DNA of 61,000 nt, the filler included, from Hausera hauseri (taxonomy: Eukaryota): NCBI GenBank assembly GCA_046269625.1. It is 8 parts of 8 records of this genome, joined end to end, with 100 filler letters (N's around TTAATTAATTAA, not from the genome) between each part and the next. Parts side by side here need not be neighbours in the genome. Positions count along the whole stretch, not along the records: positions 45,483 to 55,967 come from JBJURY010178861.1; positions 56,068 to 61,000 come from JBJURY010387813.1; 6 more parts are not named here. One strand, 5' to 3'. How positions within the stretch are numbered: position 1 is the stretch's first letter; every line of letters begins with the position of its first letter. Shown here piece after piece: positions 48,102 to 58,969 of the stretch. The notes under the pieces were generated by a model. That model saw only the letters and a list, made by a program, of their open reading frames with translations. It did not search any database and was not told the origin of the DNA. Made by a program: the position numbers and the translations under genes.

Positions 48102-51100
48102 TTAACTCCGCCGTTTCCGCTCGAGGATGTGAGTTTGAACATTAGGCAAATCCACACACGACCCTCGAGAACGTGTGAAAGGGCGAAGTTCCGCAGCAAC
48201 GTCCCTATCATTTTCATTTGAATTATTGAAATTTACATTGAGATTTTCCTCTAATAAATCAAAAGTGATACCGTCACTTGGAGGATCTACATCATTATTT
48301 AGAGAAGTCTCCAAAACAATATTGTTGGTCTCTCCATCACTAGGGAATCCCTCAAATTCCCATTCCTCTTCACTCGCATCGGTGAAACCTTCAAAATCCC
48401 ACTCCAAGGAAATAGAAGACTCTGTATCTGAATCTATGGATATGGACTGTAAGTCTACTAACTCCAAGAAACTGACTTTCTTTGTCTTTGATGAGCCTTT
48501 CCCAGACGAAAGAATGGAAGGGAAGGTGATATTATATTTCCGTAAGAAGGATGGGAGATCAGGGGAACCCCCCGATGTGGGCGTTACTGGAATCTTGCTG
48601 CTTGTACTTGAAGTGTTAAACAATGAACAAGATTTTTGGGGGCTAGTTACATCTATTGCGACAGCAGTTAACTGACTAGCAGTGCGCAATATGTTTTGAA
48701 TTTTTACAAGAGTTGCCCGTGTTTCCTCGTCTAGCGAAAAACCTTCAAAATCATCCTCATCTGGTTCAATCGACGGAGTGATATTACGAATAATGTGTTC
48801 TTCGTCGATACCTTGAACTTCCGATGGCGATGATGTAGGACTGGTTACTTCAGGAACCTCTCGCATAGCCTGAAAGTTGAATTCTTCATGTTCCTGCAAG
48901 TACTTTGGAGGAACCTGCCAACGTTTTATCTGGCTATGATGCACCCGATAAACGCGATGGTCCTGGAGCGATTTAACTTCATAAGTGACTTTATTTGGGT
49001 TTGTAGACAAGACCTTCATGGGACCCAAGTAACGTGGTTGTAACTTGTTAGTAACTAAGTCACCAGGAAGTTGACGCTTTAAACCCACTAAATCCCCAGC
49101 TTTAAAAGCGGTGAACAAAGGATGTCCAGGCTTCCAGAACGAGTCCATGTTCTGAACTGGAAGTCCAAAGAATGCCTTGTGGGCTTTTTCCATTATGCTC
49201 TCACACGGAGTTAATAATGTTTGAGCATGTTGCGTGTGATTGTAAGTAACCAGAATATGAGGTAGTTTGGTATCCCAGTTTGAACTGGTTGCCAACGATA
49301 CGCGCAAATATTGAAGCAATGTTCGATTCACACGTTCGACGATACCATTAGACGATGGTTTATAAGGAGTAGTAACTACATGTTTAATATTATATTTATC
49401 TAATAAATTTTGGAATTCACTTCCTGTGAACTCTTTACCATTGTCAGTGAGCATTCGCTCAGGTAGTTTAGGTAATGCAGGTAGTATGTAACGTTGTAAT
49501 GCTAACGCTACCGTGGCAGATTGTTTATTCCTTAAGGGAACTGCCGATACCCATTTAGAAAAATGGTCCACGAAGACCAATAAGTACTTATTACCCAAAC
49601 TAGACACTGGCAACTGCATTAAATCTACTGCAGTAAGTTCGAATGGACAATATGTAACTATTTTGAACATGGGAGGAACTATTAGCAAATTGGATAATTT
49701 GGATGACTGGCACACATGACAGGTTGTTGGAACATCATTACAAATTTTATACAATGACGGATTCCAAATATGCCTATCCAATAATGCTATCAATTTATTC
49801 CTACCCAAGTGTGCGTATTCTAAATGGCACTTAACCACCACATCTACGGCGAAGGAGAAAGGTACTACAGAAGGTACATAACCCTTTGACGTAACTTTAC
49901 TCAATGTATCATTGTAAAGTTTGTAGTCCTTTTTGAAACGCAAAAAGGATTTCATTTCCCCGTTAATATGACCAGTAATTCTGATGGGGTTTTGTAGAAA
50001 TTTAATTAGTCTGCTTATTGATTTATCGGACGATTGCGCATATCGGATTGTATCTTCCGATAGTAGGGATCCTTCAAAAGGAATTTCCTCCTCCTCTAAT
50101 TCCTCTACTCGAATGCACATCATTTCAATCACCTCAGATGCCGATTTTGATAAATCCTCCCCACCAGACTCAACTAACTCATCAATTAAAAGGTTAGGTA
50201 CGTTCCCTAATAAAGACGACTGTTCTTCCAGTGATTCATCAAGAAGATTAAAAGAAACAAAATTCCCTTCAATCTCCTGATGTAAATGTGGTTCCTGTGT
50301 TGATAAAACCTCGGAGTCTGGTGTGGTTCCTAGCAATAAATTATAATGTATACCCCCTAAACATAATAATCTGCAAAGTTTCCCACTTGTGGTTGGGCCG
50401 AATCTTAACGGTTCTCCATTGCCATAGTAAACCCAAACACGAGTTTGGTATAAAGTCGCAAAAGCTTCGATGGCTTCAGTAATAGGCATTTGACCTACTT
50501 GTTTCATCAACTGAAGTAGTTTGGTTATTCCAACATGATTTTTACCATTCAAGATGCCATATTTCTGTCTGTGGGTTATCAATTCTTGAATCACTTCTTC
50601 TCGTAGTTGTGGATGTTTATCCATGCTTCCGAATCTCCACAATGATAAGCACATAAACAGTGAGTCACCCCCTCCTGGAACCTTATGTTCAAGACAACCT
50701 GGAGGAAGTTCCATTTCTACCGGTGAAGAAAGCGTCTCGTTCGCTGACACAGGAGATCTAGATAGAGCATCGGCGACTATATTTTGTCGGCCCGGAATAT
50801 ACCGAAGCTCATAATCTATGTCATTAATCTCCTCCAGTGTCCGAGCGACCCTCTGATTTACGAGAGACATGCTGTTCAGAAACGTAAGTGGCTTATGGTC
50901 GGTGTGAATAACGACCTTAATGCCATACAAGAATGGTTTAAGTGATTTGACAGCCCACCGAATAGCTGCGACTTCTTTTTCAGTGGTGCTATATTTAACC
51001 TCAGCTTTTGACCATGTTGTGGAAATATAAGCAATTGGTTTGAGTTCTCCTTGCTGTTCCTGAGCTAGACAAGCTCCTGATCCGACATTGGAGGCATCCA

Positions 51101-53201
51101 CGAACAACATGAGCGGTGGAGCGTCAAGTTGTCGATTTGGATAAACTAACAAGGTGGGATTTATTAATTCCTTCTTCAGTTGTTCAAAGGCTATCTGGCA
51201 CTCTTGAGTCCAACTTAGGGTCCGTTTTCCCAGAATCTCAAACAATGGCTTGGCTATTTCCGAACACCGCGGTATATGCCGTCGGTAAAAATTTACCATT
51301 CCCAAAAATTGTCTAACCTTCCTAACAGTAGTAGGTATAGGGAATTCTTTAATTCCTTCAATACTTTTCTGTAATGGGATCATTCCCCGTTCCGAAACAA
51401 TGTGACCTAAATACTGAACCTCTTTCCTTAGCAAGAAGGTTTTACTTGGCTTTATTTTAAAACCTGTATTCGAGAAAGCAATCAATACCTTTTCTAGGCT
51501 CCCCAGATGCTCCTCGAAAGTCTTGCTAATAATAAGGACGTCGTCAAGGTAAACCATGACTTCCGTCCAGGGGATATGAGACAAAGCATATCTCATCCCC
51601 CGCTGAAAAGTGGCCGGTCCATTTTTCACCCCAAAGGGCATTCTCAAAAATTCCCAATGGGATAAAGGAGTGGTGAAGGCTGTCAGCTCAATGCTGTCCT
51701 CTTCCATTTCAACTTGGTAATAACCTTTGACTAGGTCCAGGGTAGAAAAATATTTTACCCCCTGCAAGCTGAAAAGCATGTCTATGAGATTGGGGATAGG
51801 GAAGCTATCTCCCTTGGTGATCTTGTTTAATTCCCTATAGTCGATACACAATCTCATAGAACCATCCTTCTTCTTAATTGGAACTACAGGAGCGGAGTAT
51901 GGGGATTTACTCCGTCTTATGATCCCTTCCGACTCCAACTTTTTGCAACTCTCCTCCACATCGCGCAAAATCGGGCCCTGCAGCCTTCGAACTGGTAACT
52001 GCACGGGGTCGTCCTGGATAATTTCAATTCGATGCTTGATGACGGAGGTACAACCTACATCACCATCGTGCAAGCTTAAGGCATTCGGATATTTCATCAA
52101 CAGAGTGCGCAACTGATCTCTCTGATCCTCTGTGATATCCGAATCCTCTAACCGAAATTCTGAAGTTAATTTATCGGCAGTCCATCCTGCTTGTTTACCA
52201 TTCTCGGGAGTCTCCGTCAACTCCACGACATTCAAAAGTGCATCCTCCGCTTCCAGGAATTCAATCTGCCCAATCTTCTGACCTCTCTTAATTTTCAAAT
52301 ATCCTGGACTCTCGTTATAAGCCAGGATAAATGCCCGATCTTCCCGAATCTGCACAATTCCAGAGGGGGAGATAAATTTGCAATTTGTGTCGCTAGAAAA
52401 TATAGGGATTTCTGTGGAATTACTTATTTTATTATTAGGGACTTCTATTTCTACTATTTTTCCCGAGTAGGGACCTAACAAAAGAGATTCAGCTAAGGAA
52501 CATTCAATATCCGACTTACTCTCGCGCCTAGTATCCCACGCTACAGTCTGGACTTTTTTCCCTGTGCGTTTCACTAATTCGCGTTCCCGCAAATCGGGTA
52601 ACAGATGTTCCCTGCTTAAAATATCAAAACCCATAATAACATCGTGATGAGTTAACTCATCCGGTATTATTATAAAGGTATGAGAGTCTAAAATGTAAGA
52701 TTCGGAAAAACGCAGTTTTAAATCTACCGCCCCTATAATAGGGTATTTTATTCTTCCTATCCCACTAATACTCACATACATTGTGGGTTTGACGGGAAAC
52801 ACATGACTATTTAACCGTTCATAACAACGGTGAGTCATCAAGCTCACGGTAGCGCCTGTATCTACAAAAGCAACGAATGATGTGCTTGGTTGATCAAGTA
52901 CATGAACATTGATCAACAACGCGTCTGTCGAAAGTGTCGAGAGTCCCAACTCAATATTAGGTTGGTCCATCGTTTCATCCGATTCGCCTGCATCAATGAC
53001 ATCCGCATCCGCAAAATTTGGCGGCGGTGCTACCGGTTTATCTTGAAAAATATCAAGATCTTCCGCTGTTATAACGGGATCCATGCTTAACAAGTCATGG
53101 ATTATAGGAATCCTTTCTTCTGATGAAGATGATGTAGATACATCATTCACCTCTTTTTCCTCTGAGTTGAGGTCTTCTAACTCAGAAGTATTCAGTTTCC
53201 C
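48102..53201 (-). CDS. pol: Pol: protease, dUTPase-like, RT, RNase H, OTU-like insert, integrase with GPY/F-like motif, acidic tail
   Basis: FVDTGA; RLCIDYRELN, LDLVKGYYQ, MPFG, YLDD; VDAS, YSTTEKE, TDHKPL, ADALSR; H..H..C..C, VDL, TDNG, NGIVER; PRYLGPM. The frame stays open upstream of the GTG to the slippery site. Confidence 0.96.
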   Translation of the reverse strand, partial: GKLNTSELEDLNSEEKEVNDVSTSSSSEERIPIIHDLLSMDPVITAEDLDIFQDKPVAPPPNFADADVIDAGESDETMDQPNIELGLSTLSTDALLINVHVLDQPSTSFVAFVDTGATVSLMTHRCYERLNSHVFPVKPTMYVSISGIGRIKYPIIGAVDLKLRFSESYILDSHTFIIIPDELTHHDVIMGFDILSREHLLPDLRERELVKRTGKKVQTVAWDTRRESKSDIECSLAESLLLGPYSGKIVEIEVPNNKISNSTEIPIFSSDTNCKFISPSGIVQIREDRAFILAYNESPGYLKIKRGQKIGQIEFLEAEDALLNVVELTETPENGKQAGWTADKLTSEFRLEDSDITEDQRDQLRTLLMKYPNALSLHDGDVGCTSVIKHRIEIIQDDPVQLPVRRLQGPILRDVEESCKKLESEGIIRRSKSPYSAPVVPIKKKDGSMRLCIDYRELNKITKGDSFPIPNLIDMLFSLQGVKYFSTLDLVKGYYQVEMEEDSIELTAFTTPLSHWEFLRMPFGVKNGPATFQRGMRYALSHIPWTEVMVYLDDVLIISKTFEEHLGSLEKVLIAFSNTGFKIKPSKTFLLRKEVQYLGHIVSERGMIPLQKSIEGIKEFPIPTTVRKVRQFLGMVNFYRRHIPRCSEIAKPLFEILGKRTLSWTQECQIAFEQLKKELINPTLLVYPNRQLDAPPLMLFVDASNVGSGACLAQEQQGELKPIAYISTTWSKAEVKYSTTEKEVAAIRWAVKSLKPFLYGIKVVIHTDHKPLTFLNSMSLVNQRVARTLEEINDIDYELRYIPGRQNIVADALSRSPVSANETLSSPVEMELPPGCLEHKVPGGGDSLFMCLSLWRFGSMDKHPQLREEVIQELITHRQKYGILNGKNHVGITKLLQLMKQVGQMPITEAIEAFATLYQTRVWVYYGNGEPLRFGPTTSGKLCRLLCLGGIHYNLLLGTTPDSEVLSTQEPHLHQEIEGNFVSFNLLDESLEEQSSLLGNVPNLLIDELVESGGEDLSKSASEVIEMMCIRVEELEEEEIPFEGSLLSEDTIRYAQSSDKSISRLIKFLQNPIRITGHINGEMKSFLRFKKDYKLYNDTLSKVTSKGYVPSVVPFSFAVDVVVKCHLEYAHLGRNKLIALLDRHIWNPSLYKICNDVPTTCHVCQSSKLSNLLIVPPMFKIVTYCPFELTAVDLMQLPVSSLGNKYLLVFVDHFSKWVSAVPLRNKQSATVALALQRYILPALPKLPERMLTDNGKEFTGSEFQNLLDKYNIKHVVTTPYKPSSNGIVERVNRTLLQYLRVSLATSSNWDTKLPHILVTYNHTQHAQTLLTPCESIMEKAHKAFFGLPVQNMDSFWKPGHPLFTAFKAGDLVGLKRQLPGDLVTNKLQPRYLGPMKVLSTNPNKVTYEVKSLQDHRVYRVHHSQIKRWQVPPKYLQEHEEFNFQAMREVPEVTSPTSSPSEVQGIDEEHIIRNITPSIEPDEDDFEGFSLDEETRATLVKIQNILRTASQLTAVAIDVTSPQKSCSLFNTSSTSSKIPVTPTSGGSPDLPSFLRKYNITFPSILSSGKGSSKTKKVSFLELVDLQSISIDSDTESSISLEWDFEGFTDASEEEWEFEGFPSDGETNNIVLETSLNNDVDPPSDGITFDLLEENLNVNFNNSNENDRDVAAELRPFTRSRGSCVDLPNVQTHILERKRRS
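53149..53201 (-). promoter_or_regulatory. -1 programmed ribosomal frameshift signal (G GGA AAC plus hairpin/pseudoknot)
   Basis: Heptamer at 53201-53195 just before the gag TGA, then a 6-nt spacer and the stem CTTCTGAGTT/AACTCAGAGG. Loop ACCTC can pair with downstream GAGGT. Pol is in the -1 frame. Confidence 0.85.
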
Positions 53202-54991
53202 TGACGCTTATCGCAATCCATCCCAAAATGCGCTCCACTACAGAAAGGGCACTTGGGTTCTTCGGGTTGTCTCGTAGGACAATCCGGAGCAAAATGTCCT
53301 TGCTCCTTACAAATCATGCATTTTCGCTGAGCAACATAACAGTCAGCATGCACATGTCCACGTTTGCCGCAAAATTGGCACAAGGGTCGTTGACGACATT
53401 GCCCCATATGGTGGCCCTTCTTCTTACAGAAGTTACATTTCTGTGGCGACTGTCCTGAACTCCTTGGTGGCGAATAAGGTGGCCTCGAAGATCTCTTCGG
53501 GGATTCACCTTGAGGCTTCGGGCTCGAAGGGGTATTCCTCTTCGGGCTTTTTGGGGCCTGCTGCTTATTAGCACTATTATTATTCTTTTTCTTATTATTA
53601 ATGGTTTGTTTTGGAGACTTAGGAGGAGACGGTGGAGCAGTCGTCCTCCTATAACTTGAATTATAATAAGTATTACTACTTTTTGGTTTTGCTCCACGCG
53701 CAACATCTGCATAAGAAGGAGCATGGCTAATGCGCTCTGGCATGGGCACTTGTTCCCTCGACCTGGGGGCGGGCATTCCCTGGCTAAGTGTAGCCTGGTA
53801 TGCCTCGGGTGGCTGAGCAGCTGATGGGTACTGTTGACCCCATCGATGTTGGCAACTGCAGTATAATGGCATGCTGCCAACGGCTGGCATCACCGTTGTT
53901 AAATCGATTACGTCGGGAGGCTGATACGGTCCCGAAGCCACATTCGAATTTGCCGTATATGGCATATTGGCGTCAACAAGGGAGATAAACTGGTCCCAAG
54001 TCATACGCACACCCATGGTCTTTTCATAGTTCCTACGTGCGTTTTCCACGTGGAACCGAATCTGTGGGGGAACACTTGCCAAGAATCTTTGCCGGACGAG
54101 GGGAAGATTCTCTACGTCACATCCTGGCAAAGCCCTTTGGGCTAATCCCAGCAAACGAATCGCGAAAACGGAGATGGGTTCATCCCGATGTCGCGTCGCG
54201 TCTAGGAAACGAATGGAGTGAGCCTCCTCCTCCCGATCCAATTCTTCGCGAGCCCATTGAAGTAGACGTTCCTTCATTTCTTCATATGAGGTGACCGAAC
54301 GTAAAGCCACCTGATATATTTGGAGAATTGGCCCCTCAAGATGTTGCCTCAGCAGCTGGAGTAGACCAACAGTATCCACTCCAGAATACGTGTCTCTGCA
54401 GAACGTCTCAAACCTTTGGAGAAACTGGTACACAGTTTCCCCGCTGTCCGGAGCATAGGTGCCCAATGGCTGGGGTCGTCTTTTTGGATTTACCGTCAGA
54501 CCCTGAATCAAATCAGCCATCTTCTGCATTAACATCTGATTCTGCTGGAACAACTCATGCACTAGATTTTGCATATCCTGACCAGCATTCACTTGAGGAT
54601 TTCCTTGAAAAGTCTGAAATGAAGGTGCGGCTGCATTAGCCATTAATAAATTGTTAGTCCCTGGCGTTTGTACGTTAGTTGTATTAGTGGTAATAGTTGT
54701 CATAGGCAAATTAAAAGATGGGAACGGGTGTGAAATCGAATAAGGGTACAGAGACGGTGCTGCGGCGGGAACGGAACTAGACGGGTTCGTCTGTGACCAA
54801 GTCATCTGTGGTACTGTTGATGTCCCCACCCCTGGCGTCAAAGTCATAAAAGTCTGTCCACTGGTCGAGTACATAGGCTCGGCCAGTGTAGTGAGAGTCT
54901 TATTCTCACATACTTCTCTCATACTCTGTCCATTAATGTCTGAAAATTCCACCCCATGTTCCCCACTAACAATCATCTTTTCCTCTTCCAT
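53192..54991 (-). CDS. gag: Gag, 599 aa, four zinc knuckles
   Basis: QFLQRFETFC, RHRDEPISVFAIRLLGLA; CNFCKKKGHHMGQC, CQFCGKRGHVHADC, CMICKEQGHFAPDC, CPFCSGAHFGMDC. Confidence 0.95.
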   Translation of the reverse strand: MEEEKMIVSGEHGVEFSDINGQSMREVCENKTLTTLAEPMYSTSGQTFMTLTPGVGTSTVPQMTWSQTNPSSSVPAAAPSLYPYSISHPFPSFNLPMTTITTNTTNVQTPGTNNLLMANAAAPSFQTFQGNPQVNAGQDMQNLVHELFQQNQMLMQKMADLIQGLTVNPKRRPQPLGTYAPDSGETVYQFLQRFETFCRDTYSGVDTVGLLQLLRQHLEGPILQIYQVALRSVTSYEEMKERLLQWAREELDREEEAHSIRFLDATRHRDEPISVFAIRLLGLAQRALPGCDVENLPLVRQRFLASVPPQIRFHVENARRNYEKTMGVRMTWDQFISLVDANMPYTANSNVASGPYQPPDVIDLTTVMPAVGSMPLYCSCQHRWGQQYPSAAQPPEAYQATLSQGMPAPRSREQVPMPERISHAPSYADVARGAKPKSSNTYYNSSYRRTTAPPSPPKSPKQTINNKKKNNNSANKQQAPKSPKRNTPSSPKPQGESPKRSSRPPYSPPRSSGQSPQKCNFCKKKGHHMGQCRQRPLCQFCGKRGHVHADCYVAQRKCMICKEQGHFAPDCPTRQPEEPKCPFCSGAHFGMDCDKRQGN

Positions 54992-55117
54992 ACTTCCCTG
55001 TAATTGATTCTACAGATAGAAAAGCGAAGAACAGAAAATAGAAAGCAGTGATACGGTGATTAATGAGCTTCAAGCTCTTTAGTTGTGCAAGTGCACCGGT
55101 AGCGAGCAGAAAACTAC

Positions 55118-55129
55118 GCTCTGCTACCA
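55118..55129 (-). promoter_or_regulatory. Primer binding site, tRNA-iMet type
   Basis: Minus-strand TGGTAGCAGAG(C), complementary to the animal initiator Met tRNA 3' end, a few nt after the LTR end CCATAATA. Confidence 0.85.
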
Positions 55130-55133
55130 ATTA

Positions 55134-55967
55134 TATTATGGTAGTGTAGAAGTAGGGCGAGAGGAAAAGGGCCCAGAGTTTCCCCCCACATGCAAATTAG
55201 TTGGTTAGTAATTTTTTCCCTCTTCTGCTACAGGTCAAATATAATGACTGTCAGTCACTACCTAATGAGGAGGTTTCTACTCTACTTTTTCGCTCACCCG
55301 TCACAACATGTAATCACTGGCAATGAGTCCTGGTACTGTGGTCACGGCAAACCAGTCCAGTTCCTGAAAAAAAAGAAACTTTATACAAAATGTACCTTCA
55401 TTTCGGCAACTTTTCAATTTGTATAGTACTTAACTGGCAAGACTTCAGGTGTCTGCTTGTCAAAAATAAGGCGAACTCGTCCAAATTTGAGAATGGAGAT
55501 CCCTGGCCAGTTACCTAAAAAAAAATACCGAAAAGGTGGCAATTAACGCCTAAAATAGGCAATACAAAATTAAGCCTACCAGGGACTCTACGTTAACTTT
55601 CCTTTTTTTTTTTAAAAGCAAATTAACCCTGATCATTGAATTTTATAATATCTTCAAAAATTTTATTCTCCATAACTGCTATGGGACTTCTAAAAAAAAG
55701 GATTTTATCTTTATTTTTAAAATATCTTATATATTTATAAATATGAAATAACGAAATTTTACTAATCCTAAATTCAAGCAATTTTACTTAAGTTATGGAG
55801 AATCTATCTAGTTTGAACCAATAATTCTTGATGAAAAGACAATTTGATTATTATGGTTACTCACGATGATGATCGTTCGGATGACTACCGTATTTTCTTT
55901 GTATTGGAATTTTTTTTTAAAAGTTCATAAATATTCCTTCACATGAGCCATCATTATTCACGTTATT
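55134..55967 (-). repeat. 5' LTR (truncated by the spacer); full LTR inferred at ~1.1 kb
   Basis: Direct repeat of 45483-45955. Ends CCATAATA, an imperfect inverted repeat of TGTGATGG, next to the PBS. Confidence 0.88.
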
Positions 55968-56479
55968 NNNNNNNNNNNNNNNNNNNNNNNNNNNNNNNNN
56001 NNNNNNNNNNNTTAATTAATTAANNNNNNNNNNNNNNNNNNNNNNNNNNNNNNNNNNNNNNNNNNNNCAAGATATCTGGTTGAAACATTTTTGACAAGTG
56101 ACATTTTCGCATGGATATTTATATCAACTTTTCAAAATTAAAAAAAGGAGGGGTAAGGTGGGAATAGTGAAACCACGACTGCGCCAGAAATCTCTTTGTT
56201 CTTGGGGTGGGAATATTGAAACCCAATCTACCCCAGAAAATGCTTTGTTCAAAATTTAAACAAAAATTTTTTACGCGCCAATTTTTACACTTACTAAAAT
56301 CCATACTGTTCACCTGCTTTTGTATATCACAGTGTGCCTCCCATCTACACCATATTAACCGTACATGGGTGTACCATTTTTTCCATCCCCATGACTCATC
56401 CGAGAACCAAATCTTTTCTCTTTCCCTGGGGGGAGCAATGTGCTCCTTTCTAACTACTTTTGGGATTTAAAGTATCATA

Positions 56480-56942
56480 CCGAGGAATTAAACCAGACAA
56501 TTCCATGATATCCAAAATTACAGATATTAAAGAACCGGCTAATAGAAAGGAAGCGGAAAGCATCTTAGAATTAGTTAACTACTTCGGGAAGATGATTGCA
56601 AATTTCTCACAAAAACGCTAAATCTCAACAAACTAAGGAATTCCGAGGAAGTTTTTAAGTGGACCAAAAATGCGACGAGGAATTTAGCAATCTAAAGAAG
56701 ATATTATTGAACAGACTGTTAGTGAAGCAATACGATCCTCAGAAAATGGTTACAATTACAACCGATGCATGCACGGACTGTATTGCAGCAATAATGTCAC
56801 AAGACAACCATCCAGTAATATTCGTATCGAAAGTATTATCAAAGGCCGAAAGGAACTATTTGAATATAGAGAGCGAAGCACTAGCCATTACCTGGTCAAT
56901 CTTACGCTTTAAACAATTCTTACCGGGAAAAGAATTCGTAGT
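56480..56942 (+). mobile_element. Gypsy RT-connection/RNase H fragment
   Basis: LELVNYFGKMI.NFS, W..KCDEEF..LK, TTDAC, PVIFVSKVLSKAERNY..IESEALAI.W; truncated at 56943. Confidence 0.85.
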
Positions 56943-58045
56943 ACTGTGGTGCCCACGGAGACCGTTGCCCTTCCTCCTATTTTGGTTGGGCACGGCCGGG
57001 TGTCCGCTATCGCCGCGTCAGATCAATAGTCGGGTCCAACTCTCCGCTTTAGGAATTTAATCTGTCAAATTAGACGAGAAGATTATCGAATATCTCATTC
57101 AAAAAATTTAACATTTCAGCTATCTTTAGCAACATCGCTTCGTTCTGCGCTTCAAACACTTCAATCTCGTTCTTCATTCTCAACAAAAGACGATTTATCC
57201 GATCATCAGAAATTATCAGTGAACTGTCTTTCAGTTTATCAAATATTCGATTTACTTATTCGATTGGATGCGGTTACGCAAAATGGAGAATCAAGTAATA
57301 ACTACCGATTACAGACTTCTGACTCAACTTACACAACAAAACGGTAATTCTTATTCTCAGACGCACCATCAGAAATCCGTTTCGAAACAATTAGCTAATA
57401 GTAATCAAATTAAAGATTTAGTTAAAAGTTTACAAAAATTTTTTCATGATCAATATCCAAACAGTATCATCAATTGCTCCAATTTCTCCTTCATATTCCA
57501 AATCAAATCGAATCTCTTATTATGTGCAGATTTTATCACATTTAATAGAAACATGCCTTTTGCAGCTCTGTCCACAAACTTTAAACTCACCCAATTCCAC
57601 GTTATCTACAGGTTCGATGAAGGACAACAATCCCACTGTCGCTATTTTCAAATCGGTGAATTCCCAGTCAGAAGCCAGTAAATTGGAGCTTGACTTCCCT
57701 GTTAAAAAAGAAAAGCCAGAACCCAAGAAACCGAAATCCGTTCTTTATGATGTCGAAATGTTGAAGTATGTCATTCAGGATGTGACGAACACTTATCGCA
57801 ATCAGCTGGCAGACTATCATGAGAAAGAGGCACAAACGGAATATTACAAATTTGTCCGACTCCATTCGGTACTCTATTCTGAATTGTCGTGCAAATCAAA
57901 GAAGTTGAAAGCTCTCGTTCGCATCAGTGAAATTAACACTGAATTACTGAGACAAAATAAGGATGATCTCGAAAAACCCATTCACATGTTGGAATCAAGA
58001 CGACTGCCGAACCACTTAAAATGTGATTATTTACCGAATTCGTGA
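56943..58045 (+). mobile_element. Unknown element starting with GC-rich cassette copy B, followed by a hypothetical helical ORF (57268..58045 in two frames)
   Basis: The cassette interrupts RNase H. ORF 57446..58045 is S-rich then helical, with no recognised domain. Confidence 0.4.
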
Positions 58046-58969
58046 TTTGATAATTATCAAGATGTTTATTCTAATGCATACGTTATTTCTATCTGTATAT
58101 AACTGTGTAAATCTATGATCTCCATTATGTGCTCTCTATATCGCTGCGTTATCGCTTTGCTGTCAACGATTTTCGCCAACGATTCCTTAGCAATGCCGGA
58201 TTTACTGCCCCTTTATTTTCTGTATGTCATTGATGACATTTTAATGTGTCTATGTAAAAAAATTGTTTTTTGTTTTGTTTAAAATAATACAATTTGTAGT
58301 GCAAGTTAAACATTTTTCTATGCCATATTGCATTTTAAATTGGATTTCTACATTTTGACGAAATTGTTTTCAATCTCAATTTACGTCTTTTAAATATTCA
58401 ATGTGTTCGTTTATTAGCGGATTTGAAAGTTCTTTATGGGATTGTATTATGATTATTCCAGGGACACCGAAATTACATATTATTTATTCGATTGTTCAAT
58501 TCAATTTGACCAACTGTTTTAGTCATCGAATTTAAAACCAGGAAAAAGATTCTGTCTGCGGCAAGTTTAATCGGTGATACACTATGTGCACTTAATTTGA
58601 TTTTTGTTAAAAATGTAACAAAACAGTATCCTAATTTTGGTTGTTCAATTATAACTACTAATGGGTAGGTCCTTGGCGCTGTCGAACAATGTTATGTTGG
58701 TGAGTTTGAGGTCTGAATGCACTGGTTTCCTCTGCCATGTGATTTCGCCATTTCTAAAGATCATTGCGTCCGAAGTAAGGAGGTCCTCACGAAGAGAAAG
58801 CTCTGATAAATCACTGTTATACTCACTTGAGTTGGATGACTGAGGATGATTCATAATCGTGTCCGGTTCAAATTCAAACAATAAAGTCCCCATCATCAGA
58901 TGATGACTATTCGTAATGCAGTCTGATTTTTCAACATTTCTGACACTCGGCAAATCAACAAAACTCAAA

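Larger units (their letters stand above)
45483..55967 (-). mobile_element. Near-full-length, apparently intact three-ORF Ty3/Gypsy LTR retrotransposon
   Basis: LTR-PBS-gag-(-1 frameshift)-pol-ORF3-PPT-LTR, with all three ORFs uninterrupted. Confidence 0.95.

Noticed and set aside
48175-54639. Plus-strand ORFs overlapping gag/pol
   Set aside because: These are antisense shadows of long coding frames with no motifs.
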